From assembly GCF_964213995.1 (NCBI RefSeq), contig NW_027590388.1, positions 248,001 through 312,000 of the forward strand: DNA of 64,000 nt. The letters run 5' to 3'. Position 1 is the first letter of the stretch. The number at the start of each line of letters is the position of its first letter. A program made the translations under genes and the position numbers. The DNA is from Mustelus asterias. Taxonomy: Eukaryota. Below, piece by piece: positions 49,936 through 63,027 of the stretch. Below the pieces are notes generated by a model. The model made no database searches. It had not been told where the DNA came from and saw only the letters and a list, made by a program, of their open reading frames with translations.

Positions 49936-50824
49936 TCGTGTGTCGTGAAGGCCGCCTTGGAGAACGCTTACCTGAAGATCCAAGGCTGAATGCCCACGAC
50001 TGCTGAAGTGCTCCCCCACAGGAAGAGAACAGTCTTGCCTGGTGATTGTCGAGCGGTGTTCATTCATCCGTTGTCGTAGCATCTGCATGGTTTCCCCAAT
50101 GTACCATGCTTCGGGACATCCTTTCCTGCAGCGTATCAGGTAGACAACGTTGGCCGAGTTGCAAGAGTAGGTACCGTGTACCTAGTAGGCGGTGTTCTCA
50201 CGTGAGATGATGGCATCCGCGTCGATGATCCGGCACGTCTTGCAGAGGTTGCTGTGGCAGGGTTGTGTGGTGTCGTGGTCACTGTTCTCCTGAAGGCTGG
50301 GTAGTTTGCTGCGGACAATGGTCTGTTTGAGGTTGCGCAGTTGTTTGAAGACAAGAAGTGGGTGTGTGGGGATGGCCTTGGCGAGATGTTCGTCTTCATC
50401 AATGACACCGCTCGACAATCACCAGGCAAGACTGTTCTCTTCCTGTGGGGGAGCATTTCAGCAGTCACGGGCATTCAGCCTCTGATCTTCAGGTAAGCGT
50501 TCTCCAAGACGGCCTTCACGACACACCACAACGCAGAGTCGCTGAGCAGAAACTGATAGCCAAGTTCCGCACACATGAGGATGGCCTAAACCGGGATGTT
50601 GGATTTACGTCACATTATCAGTAACCCCCACAGCTTGCCTCCTGGACTTGCAGGCCGTTCTGTCTGGAGACAATACACATCTCTTTAACCTGTGCTTAAT
50701 GCTCCCTCCACCCACATTGTCTGTATCTTTAAGATCTGGCTGGCTGTCGGGATTCGCATTCTAATCAGTATTCTGTAACTTGATTTGTGTGTTTCTGTGC
50801 CCTGTTTGAGAGCACATTTCCACT

Positions 50825-50861
50825 CCATCTGACGAAGGAGAAGCGCTCCGAAAGCTAATGG
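50825..50861 (+). ncRNA. Minimal hammerhead ribozyme motif
   Basis: ccau-CUGACGA-a-ggag/aagcg/cucc-GAA-AGCU-A-augg. Confidence 0.72.
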
Positions 50862-51517
50862 TATTTGCTACCAAATAAACCTATTGGACTTTAACCTGGT
50901 GTTGTTAAAACTCTTACTCTGTCCTTAGAAACATAGAAATCCTACAGTGCAGAAAGAGGCCATTCGGCTCATCGAGTCTGCACCGACCACAATCCCACCC
51001 AGGCCCTATCACCATATCCCTACATATTTTACCCGCTAATCCCTCTAACCTACGCTTGATTCTGTTCGTCTGCAGCTGGAACTCTCGTCCATTCCTTCAA
51101 TAACTCCAGACTTAACTATCCGAATGCATTCCCGGCCTCCTACATTCAATCTCCCTGAAGTCTTGAAGTCATCCAAATCTCTGCTGGCCATGTGCTTACT
51201 CACATCAAGTCTTGTTCATCATCACCCCCGAGCTCACTGACCTGCAAAGGCATTTAGTGTGAAAAACACTTCTTTGAAATGCCCTGGGAAAGTCTATGAC
51301 ATGGAAGACACATAAATACAGATTGTTATTATTGACATGTATCATTGTTCCTTCATCATCACTGGGTGAATAACCTGTAACTCTTACCTAATGCATTGTG
51401 GGAGCACCTTCACCACATGGACTGCAACGGTTCAAGAAGGTCAAACATCATCTTGCCCACAGGTACCCGAGGATGGGGAATGTTTGCTGCTGGTCTTGTT
51501 AGTGAAAGGACACAGTC

Positions 51518-51811
51518 TATTTATTTATTAGCATCATAAGTAGGCTTACATTCACATTGCAATGAAGTTACTGTGAAAACCCCATAGTCGCCACACTCCG
51601 GCGCCTGTTCGGGTTCACTGAGGGAGAATTCAGCATGGCCAATGTACCTAACCAGCACGTCTTTCGGACTGTGGGAGGAAACCAGAGCACCCAGAGGGAA
51701 CTCACGCAGATACGAAGAGAACGTGCAAACTCCACACAGACTCCACAAGGCTGGGAATCGAATCCAGTGTCCCTGGCGCTGTGAGGCAGCAGTGCTAACC
51801 ACCGTGCCACC
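51518..51811 (-). mobile_element. V-SINE-like SINE type B (paralogue of 10497)
   Basis: Collinear with copy A. Confidence 0.8.
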
Positions 51812-51893
51812 TTAATGTTCACATCAAAGCAAAAACAGTGACTTAACTATTTGGGACTTTCAAAGGTGGTGATTTTAACCAACATCCCCCACG

Positions 51894-52478
51894 GTGGTGA
51901 ATGTTGAGTATAAAAGTTGGCAAATTATGTTACAGTCATATCAAATATTGGTTAGGTCACATTTGGAATACTGTGTCCAATTCTGGTCGGCATTCTACCA
52001 GAAGGACGTGGTGGCTTTGGAGGGAGTACAGAAAATGTTTACCAGGATGTTGCATGGTATGGAGGGTATTAGCTATGAGGAAAGATTGAATAAACTGGAA
52101 AGATGGAGACCATGGGACAACCTGATAGAAGTTTATAAAATTATGAGGGGCGTAGGTAAGGTAACAGTTGGAAGCTTTCTTCCTGGACAGAAATGACAAT
52201 CACAAGGGGGCACAATTCAAAGTAAGGGGGGGAAAAGTTCAGTGGAGACACGGGGGGGGACGTTTTTTTTACACAGTGGGTGGTGGGGCCTGGAATGCAC
52301 TGCCAAGTGAGGTGGTCGAGGCAGATACATTAGCAACATTTAAAACTTATCTGGATAGAAACATGAACAGACGGTGTATAGAGGGATATAAGCGGTTGGT
52401 TTAGATAGGACAACGTGATGGGCGCAGGCTTGTGGGCTGAAGGGCCTGTTCTTGTGCTGTACTGTTCTTTGTTCTTTA
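51894..52478 (+). mobile_element. Decayed CR1 3' fragment (paralogue of 10872)
   Basis: LVRSHLEYCVQFWS. Confidence 0.85.
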
Positions 52479-52481
52479 TCC

Positions 52482-52822
52482 CCTATCCACACCATAGGGG
52501 AACAGTGCGCAGGCGCAGTACCGAACATGGTCGGGAGCATGCGCGATGTCAGTGATGGCGAAGGGGAGAGAGGATCCTTTTGTCTGATCCGCAGCCGGTG
52601 AAGGTGTGGAAACGCGCAGGGCCGATGGAGTCGGCGGGTGAACGGGGAGGGTTTCTAAATACCTGCTGAAAGCCTCAAACCGCGAATACGGACCTGCAGG
52701 TTCCGCGTTTGCAGCTCCGGTTTGTCCTCCTGGGGCGAAGACCCCGGTTACCAGCCGCCATCTTAGTTCAGCGGAGGGCAGAGCGCATGCGCTGACGTCT
52801 TGGTGACGCCCATTGTCACACA
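52482..52822. promoter_or_regulatory. Promoter module, copy B of P2
   Basis: NRF1, YY1 and tgacgt motifs; minus-strand donor cag|gtattt near 52663. Confidence 0.65.
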
Positions 52823-53325
52823 ACAGAGAGTGGACGGGATTCAGGATTTCTGTTTTTAACTGGGTCCTAGTGCCCGAGTCACATAAAAGGATCAGTCACA
52901 CTGGTCAGAACTTTCTGGTTCAGTTCGGAAGGTTCCCTTTGGTTTTGTTGATGCTTGGTTGTTGATTTTTGTCTTTCAGTTCGTTTGGACCATATGATTG
53001 GAGGGAATAAGAAAGGAAAGAATGTTCCATCCGAACTAGAATTGTCTGTTCTGAATTTCTATCCTGTATTTACACTGATAACTTCTGTAAACTCCTTTTA
53101 CAGGGGATTAGGATGGGAGGATTGACAGGTGGGAAACTTAAATCAAACATCACATTGAGATCTGACAGTCATTCGATTCATCAGGACCTGAATATCAATG
53201 TGGAAGGAGAAATGTTTGTTTGTTCTGTCTGTGGGAAAAGATTTCAAACATCAGTGTGACTGGAAAAGCAGCGAGACACACACACCCGAGTGACAGCGTT
53301 CCAGTGAACTGACTGTGAAAAGAGC

Positions 53326-54829
53326 TTGAACCAGTTACACAGCCTGAAAAAACATCACACCATTCACAGCAGGGAGGAACCGTACATGTGCAGTGTGTGT
53401 AGTCAACTGATCATCAACCTGGAGAGACACAAGGATACTGGCACCATGGAGAAACCATGGAAATGTGAGGAACATAGAACAGTACAGCACAGAACAGGCC
53501 CTTCGGCCCACGATGTTGTGCCGAGCTTTATCTGGAACCAAGATCAAGCTGTCCCACTCCCTATCATCCTGGTGTGCTCCATGTGCCTATCCAATAACTT
53601 CTTAAATGTTTCTAAAGTGTCTGACTCCACTATCACTGCAGGCAGTCCATTCCACACCCCAACCACTCTCTGCATGAAGAACCTACCTCTGATATCCGTC
53701 CTGTATCTCCCACCACGAACCCTATAGTTATGCCCCCTTGTAATAGCTCCATCCACCCGAGGAAATAGTCTTTGAACGTTCACTCTATCTATCCCCTTCA
53801 TCATTTTATACACCTCTATTAAGTCTCCCCTCAGCCTCCTCCGCTCCAGAGAGAACAGCCCTAGCTCCCTCAACCTTTCCTCATATGACCTACCCTCCAA
53901 ACCAGGCAGCATCCTGGTAAATCTCCTCTGCACTCTTTCCAGCGCTTCCACATCCTTCTTATAGTGAGGTGACCAGAACTGCACACAATATTCCAAATGT
54001 GGTCTCACCGAGGTCCTGTACAGTTGCAGCATAACCCCACGGCTCTTAAACTCCAACCCCCTGTTAATAAAAGCTAACACACTATAGGCCTTCTTCACAG
54101 CTCTATCCACTTGACTGGCCATCCCAGCTGGAAATCCATCAGCGCACTCACACTGGGGAGAGGCCATTCACCTGCTCCATGTGTGGGAAGGGATTCAGAG
54201 AGTCATCCAACCTGCTGCAACACCAGCGAGTTCACACTGACCTGAGACCTTTTAAATGCCCAGACTGCGGGAAGGGCTATAAAAGTTCTGGGGACCTGAT
54301 GTCCCATCAACGTGTTCACACTGACCAGAGGCCATTCAGGTGCTTTCACTGCGGGACTGGGTTCAGGAAATCATCTGAATTCACTGTACATCAGCGCACT
54401 CACACTGGGGAGAGGCCGTTCACCTGCTCCATGTGTGGGAAGGGGTTCATTAATTCATCCAACCTGCTGAGACACCAGCGCACTCACTCTGATGCAAGAA
54501 CTTTCAAATGTCCTGACTGTGAGGAGAGCTTTAAAAACAGTGATAATCTGCTGAGACATCGACGCACTCACACTGGAGAGAGGCCGTTCACCTGCTCTGA
54601 GTGTGGGAAGGGATTCACTCGATCAGCCGCACTGCTGACACACCGGCGAGTTCACAGCGGAGAGCGGCCATTCGCCTGCTCGGAGTGTGGGAAGAGATTT
54701 ACTTATTCATCTCATCTATTGAAACACCAGCGCACTCACACTGTGGAGAGACCATTCACCTGCTCCATGTGTGGGAAGGGATTCACTCAATCTTCTAACC
54801 TGCTGACACACCAGCAAATTCACAAGTGA
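53326..54829 (+). pseudogene. ZNF Z4B disrupted by a CR1 in finger 1; residual ORF 54179-54829
   Basis: MEKPWKCE, then the CR1, then WPSQLEIHQ; ~19 nt of target sequence deleted. Confidence 0.88.
53472..54115 (-). mobile_element. Young CR1 3' fragment
   Basis: ORF 53544-54167 with CR1 C-terminal motifs; gttctatgttc tail. Confidence 0.92.
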
Positions 54830-56040
54830 GTGCAGAGGTTGGAGTTCTCTGTATTGCTGCTGTTGATCACATTGAGGACTAAATGTGTGGATTAAACCTG
54901 AGGTGTGTAAGAAATGTGTCCCAGCTGCTCTTCCATGGTTCAGAGCTCCTCGGCACGGAACAGAGGCTCCTTTACAACTGTGTTTAGAGTCAGGAAGAAC
55001 AACAGTGAATGCTGGAAACATGCCGTCAAATCAGAGATTGGTGTAAAACTGGGATCTGTTCCTGAGTGAGAGTGAAACAGCAGGTTTAAGTTTCCTGTCT
55101 GGAACTGATTGTGGTAATTATGGTAATCATAGAATCCCAACAGTGCAGAAGGAGGCCATTTGGCCCATCGAGTCTGCACCGACTCTCTGTCAGAGCATCT
55201 TCCCCAGACACACCCCTCCCACGCTAGCCCCATTACCCCACGCATTTACCCCACTAATTCCCCGAACCATAACATCTTGGGACATCTATGGGGCAATTTA
55301 GCATTGGTCAATCTGCCTAACCTGTACATCTTTGGACTGTGGCAGGCAACCAGGGAGCATTTCCATGGAGATGCTGCTTCGACCCAGAGTGTAATGGTAA
55401 TGCTGCTGCACTTTGATACGACTGCTCAGACATTAGACTGTGTCAGCTCTTATTGATACTGAATAAAATCTAACCACTGTCACCAATAAGGGTTATCACT
55501 GGCAATCATTTCAGAGTTTGGGGAAAGAGAATAAAGGGCTAATGGACACCCCGAATCCCAATTCTATAGAATAAAAGGATGTTCACAATACTCTGGGCCC
55601 AAATGGTTTCTCTTCAGCTCCTCTGCACCCTGTTACTGTGACTCCACACTTTGGGCACATGGACTGAACCCCAGGGGTTCCATCACCATCTGCCCCAATC
55701 GCCCCGTCTCCTGCCCCAATTGGCTGGAGGCCCATTTCCCAGTCAGTCCTCCAGCACCTTCCTGTCTCTCTATCAGTGCAACGCCCAGGGCAGCTTCCCA
55801 ATTGAGGCTCAGGCCCTGTTATTCTCAGCGAAATTCAGCTCTCAACTCCGTCACCTGGCTGTCACTAACATGAGCAACAGAGAGAGAAAGGTGCCCCAGG
55901 CTGAAATGGGAACTTGAAACTTGTGGCTCCAAACAAACTCTTCAACATTTGTGCATTCAATACCTGTTTTTGTATGAGGTTGTTATTTTGACATTGAGGC
56001 ACTGGAGGCGAAGAATAACTTTCCCTTTCCAACTTTGAAT

Positions 56041-56519
56041 TAGAACCATAGAACCATAGAAAATTACAGCTCAGAAACAGGCCTTTTGGCCCTTCTTGTC
56101 TGTGCCGAACCATTTTTTGCCTAGTCCCACTGATCTGCACTTGGACCATATCCCTCCACACCCCTCTCATCCATGAACCCGTTCCAAGTTTTTCTTAAAT
56201 GTTAAAAGTGACCCTGCATTTACCACTTTATCCGGCAGCTCATTCCACACTCCCACCGCTCTCTGCGTGAAGAAGCCCCCCCTAATATTCCCTTTAAACT
56301 TTTCTCCTTTCACCCTTAACCCATGCCCTCTGGTTTTTTTCTCCCCGAGCCTCAGCGGAAAAATCCTGCTTGCATTCACTCTATCTATACCCATCAAAAT
56401 CTTATACACCTCTATCAAATCTCCCCTCAATCTTCTACGCTCCAGGGAATAAAGTCCCAACTGAATCAATCTCTCTCTGTAACTCAGTTTCTCAAGTCCC
56501 GGCAACATCCTTGTGAACC
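56041..56519 (-). mobile_element. CR1 3' fragment specific to copy B
   Basis: ORF 56167-56508; (ttctatgg)n tail. Confidence 0.88.
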
Positions 56520-56534
56520 TGTCTATTGTCTATT

Positions 56535-56963
56535 GTATCAGCCACGGAGCAGTGGATCCACACGCTTCCACAAGAAACTGCAAAGGGTGGTGAACGTACC
56601 CAGTCCATCACACAAACCAGCCTCCCATCCATTGCCTCTGTCTACACTTCCAGCTGCTTTGGAAAAACAGCCAGCATAATCACGGACCCTACACAGCCCA
56701 GACATTCTCCCTTCCACCTTCTTCCGTTGGGAAAAAGATACAAAAGTCTGAGGACACGTACCAACTGACTTCCCTGCTGCCATCAGACTTTTGAATGGAC
56801 CTACCTCATATTAAGTTGATCTTTCTCTACATTCTAGCTGTGACTGTAGCACTACATTCTGCACTCTCTCCTTTCCTTCTCTATGTATGGCATGCTTTGT
56901 ATCGCGTGCAAGAAACAATATTTTTCACTGTACACTAATACATGTGATGATAATAAATCAAAT
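56535..56963 (+). mobile_element. Rex1/Babar-like 3' end (paralogue of 14555)
   Basis: Collinear; same peptide remnants. Confidence 0.68.
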
Positions 56964-56964
56964 C

Positions 56965-57372
56965 TTCACTCCGAATCTGAAGATTGTTCTTTCCAATCCC
57001 AGTCCATTGACCTGAGGCCAACATTCAAAGTGCCAGCACTGAGGGAGTGCTGCATTATTAGAGCTGCTGCCTTTAGGATGAGATGCCAACCCAAGTACCC
57101 CATCTGCCCCTTCAAGGACATAGATGTTACCATGGATATGATTTTGAAGAAGAGCAGGGGGGGGCTATCCCCAGAGTCCTGACCAATATTTATCAATCAA
57201 CATCACTACAGATCATCTGCTCGTGATCATGTTGCTGCTTTTGGGATCTTGCTGTGTACACATTAGCTGCCACATTTCCTGCATTACAACAATGACCACA
57301 CTTCAAAGCTGCTTCATTGGTTGGAAAGTGCATTGGGACATCCTGTGGTCCTGAACGATGCTAAATGCAAGT
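56965..57372 (+). mobile_element. Deu-domain SINE (SacSINE1/AmnSINE1-like); copy A keeps only 15003-15148
   Basis: ggatgagatg..aacc, gaagaagagcagggg, cattacaaca.tgac.acacttcaaa, taaatgcaagt. Confidence 0.65.
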
Positions 57373-59173
57373 TTTTAATTTCAGATTTGTGTTCCCTGAT
57401 CTTGATATCTGAATTTTAATTGATTTCAGCCACCCCCCAACTTGCCATTTAACAAATTCACCTTGGATCGAAGAATATTTTAACCAATTAAGGCAACAGC
57501 AGGAATCTACGGTGGGTAAATTTTAAAAATAAGTTTATTCGACAAGAAATGTTTACTTCAAACATTGGCTTTTACAGCTTGATGTGGGTGATCAGTCTGT
57601 CGAAGGTTAACCCTCTCTGGCTCCTTCTTTGACAGGAATTCTTGTGGATTTCAACCTCAGAAGTCTGGTTCCTTCTTTGACAATAATTTACCTGGAACTC
57701 GACCCTGTGAATATTCAGTACTTGGCTGGCAGGGAAGATGTTGGGAATCTCTACTTTTATCCCCAAAGTGACCATTACCTGACATCAGAGTTGGGCTGAT
57801 TGTGACGTGACACTTGGTCAATTTGGTTACCAGATTAATTTAACCGGATCCCCAATTACTGACACCACCTTCTCTCATTATCTTAGACAGGAAAACAATT
57901 GCACAGTTTCATACTAACCCTTTATCTGATTCTATACAATCAGGTATTCAGACAATTTCAAATTCTGAGACAAATCAGAGCTTGAAGGTCTCTCTTACCA
58001 GTACATTTATCATCATTGCACATTCTTCACATACACAGCAATTCAGATGATATGTTTTTACAGCAAATAAAACTCAGCCTTTTACTATAAGCCGACTTGT
58101 GACACTAATAGATAAACAAAAAAATGACATTCTTTATCGATTTATTAACTGTAACTCAATTAAATCTCACTACTTCTCCAGTTATTTGTTACTGACTGCG
58201 AGCTAATTAATACAGTAATCTTTAGTTAATAAACTTGGTTCCTACAAGATAGACTGGTTCAAAAAGACAGTTTGTCGAAAGACAACAGCTTTCTTCCTTA
58301 CTAATCCTGACCAGACTGAACAATTAACCTTATTCTTCAGCTGGACTTTGGAAGAATATGATATCCTGTAGCTTATCAAAATTATAAAATAATTTCTTTC
58401 TTTAAACAACTTCTGCCGGCTCTGCAGTTTCTGGAAACATTTCAGGTTATTCAGTGTTAATATTTTAAAATAAAGATCTACCCTTTATATAATTGTCTAT
58501 TACACTGAGTCACTGATGATAGCTTATTCAAGGTTCATTACTGAATAACCATATGTTACATATAAAATCAATTTGTAGCTAATAAAGCCAGTGACAGAAG
58601 GTGAACAGACTGTTAGAAGCCACATGTTCGATTTTAAAATGGTTTCCTTGACCTTGTTACTTATAGCAATGAATATGGTATGAAAGTGATTGAATTTTAA
58701 AACTAAATTTGATGACTCAGGCCTGCAATTTCCTCCATTACAACAGTCACTACAATTCACAGAACTTCATTCACTGTATAATGTTTCAGGACAATGGCAA
58801 AGATAGATAGAGAAACAAGGTGGTGAAAGGTTATCAGGGGGAGGTGGGAATGTGGAGTTGAGGTTTCAATTAGATCAGCCATGATTATGTTGAATGGCAG
58901 AACAGGCTCCTGATTCACATGTTCATCTGACACCCTGTGGTTGTGAGAGGTGCTATAGAAATGCAATTTTTTTTTGTTTCCCCACAATGTTGGATAATTA
59001 CACTCAGTCCCTGCATCAAAATCATTGTTAAAGGTTGAGTCTAAATTTGACACATTTTGAATGCTGGGGTGGTTTTCTCCAAAGAGAAGACGAAGAAGTG
59101 ATCTGATGGAAGTCTTTAAGATTATGAAGGGGTTCAATAATCCAACGGGGATTTAATGAGAAACCTCTTTACC

Positions 59174-61395
59174 CAGCGAGTGGTGAGACTGTGGAACTCA
59201 CTATCACAGCGAGTGGTGAGACTGTGGAACTCACTATCACAGCGAGTAGTGAGACTGTGGAACTCACTATCACAGCGAGTGGTGAGACTGTGGAACTCAC
59301 TATCACAGCGAGTGGTGAGACTGTGGAACTCACTATCACAGCGAGTGGTGAGACTGTAGAACTCATGACCACAGCGAGTGGTGAGAATGTGGAACTCACC
59401 ATCACAGCGAGTGGTGAGAATGTGGAACTCACCATCACAGCGAGTGGTGAGAATGTGGAACTCACCATCACAGCGAGTGGTGAGAATGTGGAACTCACTG
59501 TCACAGCGAGTGATGAGAATGTGGAACTCACCATCACAGCGAGTGGTGAGACTGTGGAACTCACTATCACAGCGAGTGGTGAGAATGTGGAACTCACTAT
59601 CACAGCGAGTGGTGAGAATGTGGAACTCACTATCACAGCGAGTGGTGAGACTGTAGAACTCATGACCACAGCGAGTGGTGAGAATGTGGAACTCACCATC
59701 ACAGCGAGTGGTGAGAATGTGGAACTCACTATCACAGCGAGTGGTGAGACTGTAGAACTCATGACCACAGCGAGTGGTGAGACTGTGGAACTCACTATCA
59801 CAGTGAGTGGTGAGACTGTGGAACTCACTATCACAGCGAGTGGTGAGACTGTGGAACTCACTATCACAGCGAGTGGTGAGACTGTGGAACTCACTATCAC
59901 AGCGAGTAGTGAGACTGTGGAACTCACTATCACAGTGAGTGGTGAGACTGTGGAACTCACTATCACAGCGAGTGGTGAGACTGTGGAACTCACTATCACA
60001 GCGAGTGGTGAGACTGTGGAACTCACTATCACAGCGAGTGGTGAGACTGTAGAACTCATGACCACAGCGAGTGGTGAGAATGTGGAACTCACCATCACAG
60101 CGAGTGGTGGGAATGTGGAACTCACCATCACAGCGAGTGGTGAGAATGTGGAACTCACCATCACAGCGAGTGGTGAGAATGTGGAACTCACTATCACAGC
60201 GAGTGGTGAGACTGTAGAACTCATGACCACAGCGAGTGGTGAGAATGTGGAACTCACCATCACAGCGAGTGGTGAGAATGTGGAACTCACTATCACAGCG
60301 AGTGGTGAGACTGTAGAACTCATGACCACAGCGAGTGGTGAGAATGTGGAACTCACTGTCACAGCGAGTGATGAGAATGTGGAACTCACCATCACAGCGA
60401 GTGGTGAGACTGTGGAACTCACTATCACAGCGAGTGGTGAGAATGTGGAACTCACTATCACAGTGAGTGGTGAGACTGTGGAACTCACTATCACAGCGAG
60501 TGGTGAGACTGTGGAACTCATGACCACAGCGAGTGGTGAGAATGTGGAACTCACCATCACAGCGAGTGGTGAGAATGTGGAACTCACTATCACAGCGAGT
60601 GATGAGACTGTAGAACTCATGACCACAGCGAGTGGTGAGACTGTGGAACTCACTATCACAGTGAGTGGTGAGACTGTGGAACTCACTATCACAGCGAGTG
60701 GTGAGACTGTGGAACTCACTATCACAGCGAGTAGTGAGACTGTGGAACTCACTATCACAGCGAGTAGTGAGACTGTGGAACTCACTATCACAGCGAGTGG
60801 TGAGACTGTGGAACTCACTATCACAGCGAGTGGTGAGAATGTGGAACTCACTATCACAGCGAGTGGTGAGACTGTGGAACTCATGACCACAGCGAGTGGT
60901 GAGACTGTAGAACTCATGACCACAGCGAGTGGTGAGAATGTGGAACTCACTATCACAGCGAGTGGTGAGACTGTGGAACTCACTATCACAGCGAGTGGTG
61001 AGACTGTGGAACTCATGACCACAGCGAGTGGTGAGACTGTAGAACTCATGACCACAGCGAGTGGTGAGAATGTGGAACTCACCATCACAGCGAGTGGTGA
61101 GAATGTGGAACTCACCATCACAGCGAGTGGTGAGAATGTGGAACTCACCATCACAGCGAGTGGTGAGACTGTGGAACTCACCATCACAGCGAGTGGTGAG
61201 AATGTGGAACTCACCATCACAGCGAGTGGTGAGACTGTGGAACTCACCATCACAGCGAGTGGTGAGAATGTGGAACTCACCATCACAGCGAGTGGTGAGA
61301 ATGTGGAACTCACCATCACAGCGAGTGGTGAGACTGTGGAACTCACTATCACAGCGAGTGGTGAGAATGTGGAACTCACTGTCACAGCGAGTGGT
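59174..61395. repeat. 33-bp minisatellite, 67 units plus 11 bp, derived from CR1 ORF2
   Basis: Unit cagcgagtggtgaga(c/a)tgtggaactcac(t/c)atca; a single unit is present in the paralogue at 16718-16761. Confidence 0.97.
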
Positions 61396-61833
61396 TGAGG
61401 TGAACAGCGTGAATACATTGAAGGGGAAGCGAGATACATACATGAGGGAGAAAGGAATAGAAGGATACGCTGATGGGGGGAGATGAAGAGGGGTGGGTGG
61501 AAACTTATGTGGAGTATAAATAGTGACACAGACTGATTGAGCCGACTGGCCTGGCCCTGTGCTGTCGACTCAATGGAACAGAGACAAATGTATTTTAGAT
61601 CTACCTGGAGTGCTATTAAAAGCACTATTTACTATCCAAGATAAAATAAATGTCCTTCATCAGCTTTTGTGGGTCATTTCAGTAGAAATGTGCTCTCCCA
61701 GGCTCAAAGTGCATCAACCCACTGGAATCAACATCGAGAGACCAGCCAGTCCAACAGAAAGAAACTTCACCAAAATGATTCAGTCCTGGACATGATGAAC
61801 AGCAGCAATAACAGCAGAATCCAACCCCTGTCA

Positions 61834-63027
61834 TCATTTGTGAACTTGCTGATGTCTCAGCAGCTGTGATGACTGAGTGAATACCTTCCCGCACACAGAG
61901 CAGGTAAACTGTTTCTTCCCAGTGTGAACCCGTTGGTGTGCCCACAGGTTGGATGAATTACTGAATCCCTTCCCACACTGAGAGCAGGTGAATGGTCTCT
62001 CTCCAGTGTGAACTCGCTGGTGTGTCTGCAGGTGGGATGACTGAGTAAATGCTTTCCCACAATCAGAGCAAGTGAATGGTCTCTCCCCAGTGTGCACTCG
62101 TCGGTGTTTCTGCAGATTGGATGCATCTGGGAATCCCTTCCCACAATCGGGGCAGGTGAACGGTCTCTCCCCAGTGTGAACTCGCTGGTGTATCAACAGA
62201 TGCGATGAATCAGTGAATCCCCTCCCACATTCGGGGCAGGTGAATGGCCTCTCCCCAGTGTGAATTCGCTGGTGCATCAACAGATGGGATGAGCGACTAA
62301 ATCCCTTCCCACAGGTAGAGCAGGTGAATGGTTTCTCTCCAGTGTGAACTCGTTGGTGCATCAGCAGACTGAATGAATCACTGAATCTCATCCCACACAT
62401 TGAGCAGGGGAATGGTCTCTCTCTGGTATGAACCCTCTGGTGCATCAGCAGGTTGGATGAATCAGTAAATCCCTTCCCACACTCGGAGCAGGCGAACGGC
62501 CTCTCCCCAGTGTGAACTCGCTGGTGCCTCAACAGGTTGGATGAATCACTGAATGCCTTCCCACACTCAGAGCAGCTGAATGGTCTCTCCCCGGTGTGAA
62601 TGCGCTCGTGTGACTGGAGGTGGGATAACTGAGTGAATTCCTTCCCGCACTCCGAGCAGGTGAACCGCCTCTCCCTGGTGTGAACTCGCTGGTGCATCAA
62701 CAGGTTGGATGAATCACTGAATCCCTTTCCACAATCGGAGCAGGTGAATGGCCTCTCCCCAGTGTGAACTCGCTTGTGTGTCTGCAGGTGGGATGAACTT
62801 GTGAATCCTTTCCCACACTCAGGGCAGGTGAATCGCCTCTCCCCTGTGTGAACTCGTTTGTGTGTCTGCAGGGAGGATGAATGAGCGAATCCCTTCCCAC
62901 ACTCCAAGCAAGTGAACGGCCTCTCCCCAGTGTGACTGCGTCGATGAGTTTCCAGCTGATATGGGAAATTGAATCCTTTACCACAGTCTCCACATTTCCA
63001 TGGTTTCTCCATGGTGTAGGTGTCCAT
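61834..63027 (-). CDS. C2H2 ZNF Z5B, 14 fingers
   Basis: Intact [15 protein letters not shown]...HQQVHK*; acceptor ttttacag near 63343. Confidence 0.92.
   Translation of the reverse strand: MDTYTMEKPWKCGDCGKGFNFPYQLETHRRSHTGERPFTCLECGKGFAHSSSLQTHKRVHTGERRFTCPECGKGFTSSSHLQTHKRVHTGERPFTCSDCGKGFSDSSNLLMHQRVHTRERRFTCSECGKEFTQLSHLQSHERIHTGERPFSCSECGKAFSDSSNLLRHQRVHTGERPFACSECGKGFTDSSNLLMHQRVHTRERPFPCSMCGMRFSDSFSLLMHQRVHTGEKPFTCSTCGKGFSRSSHLLMHQRIHTGERPFTCPECGRGFTDSSHLLIHQRVHTGERPFTCPDCGKGFPDASNLQKHRRVHTGERPFTCSDCGKAFTQSSHLQTHQRVHTGERPFTCSQCGKGFSNSSNLWAHQRVHTGKKQFTCSVCGKVFTQSSQLLRHQQVHK

Larger units (their letters stand above)
48200..50915. mobile_element. Fold-back Neptune-type Penelope-like element (left arm 48200-48640 plus 49936-50408, right arm 50406-50915)
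   Basis: Minus strand encodes QPCHSNLCKTC and NVVYLIRC...WYIGET (GIY-YIG); TSD actctgtccttaga at 48186 and 50916. Confidence 0.88.

Noticed and set aside
53257-53307. Selenocysteine or readthrough of in-frame TGA codons in leader fingers, one at a Cys position
   Set aside because: Copy A has a 2-bp (ac)n frameshift between the stops, other paralogues have indels here, and I see no convincing SECIS in the 3' UTR
59174-61395. CRISPR-like periodicity (33 bp; also the 38-bp array at 23930)
   Set aside because: Units are head-to-tail with no unique spacers, no cas genes are present and the context is eukaryotic
59134-61625. 735-, 769- and 818-aa repetitive ORFs resembling mucin, antifreeze or surface proteins
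   Set aside because: They are products of a 33-bp unit from a CR1 remnant, open on both strands, with no promoter or splice context, and the paralogue has one unit
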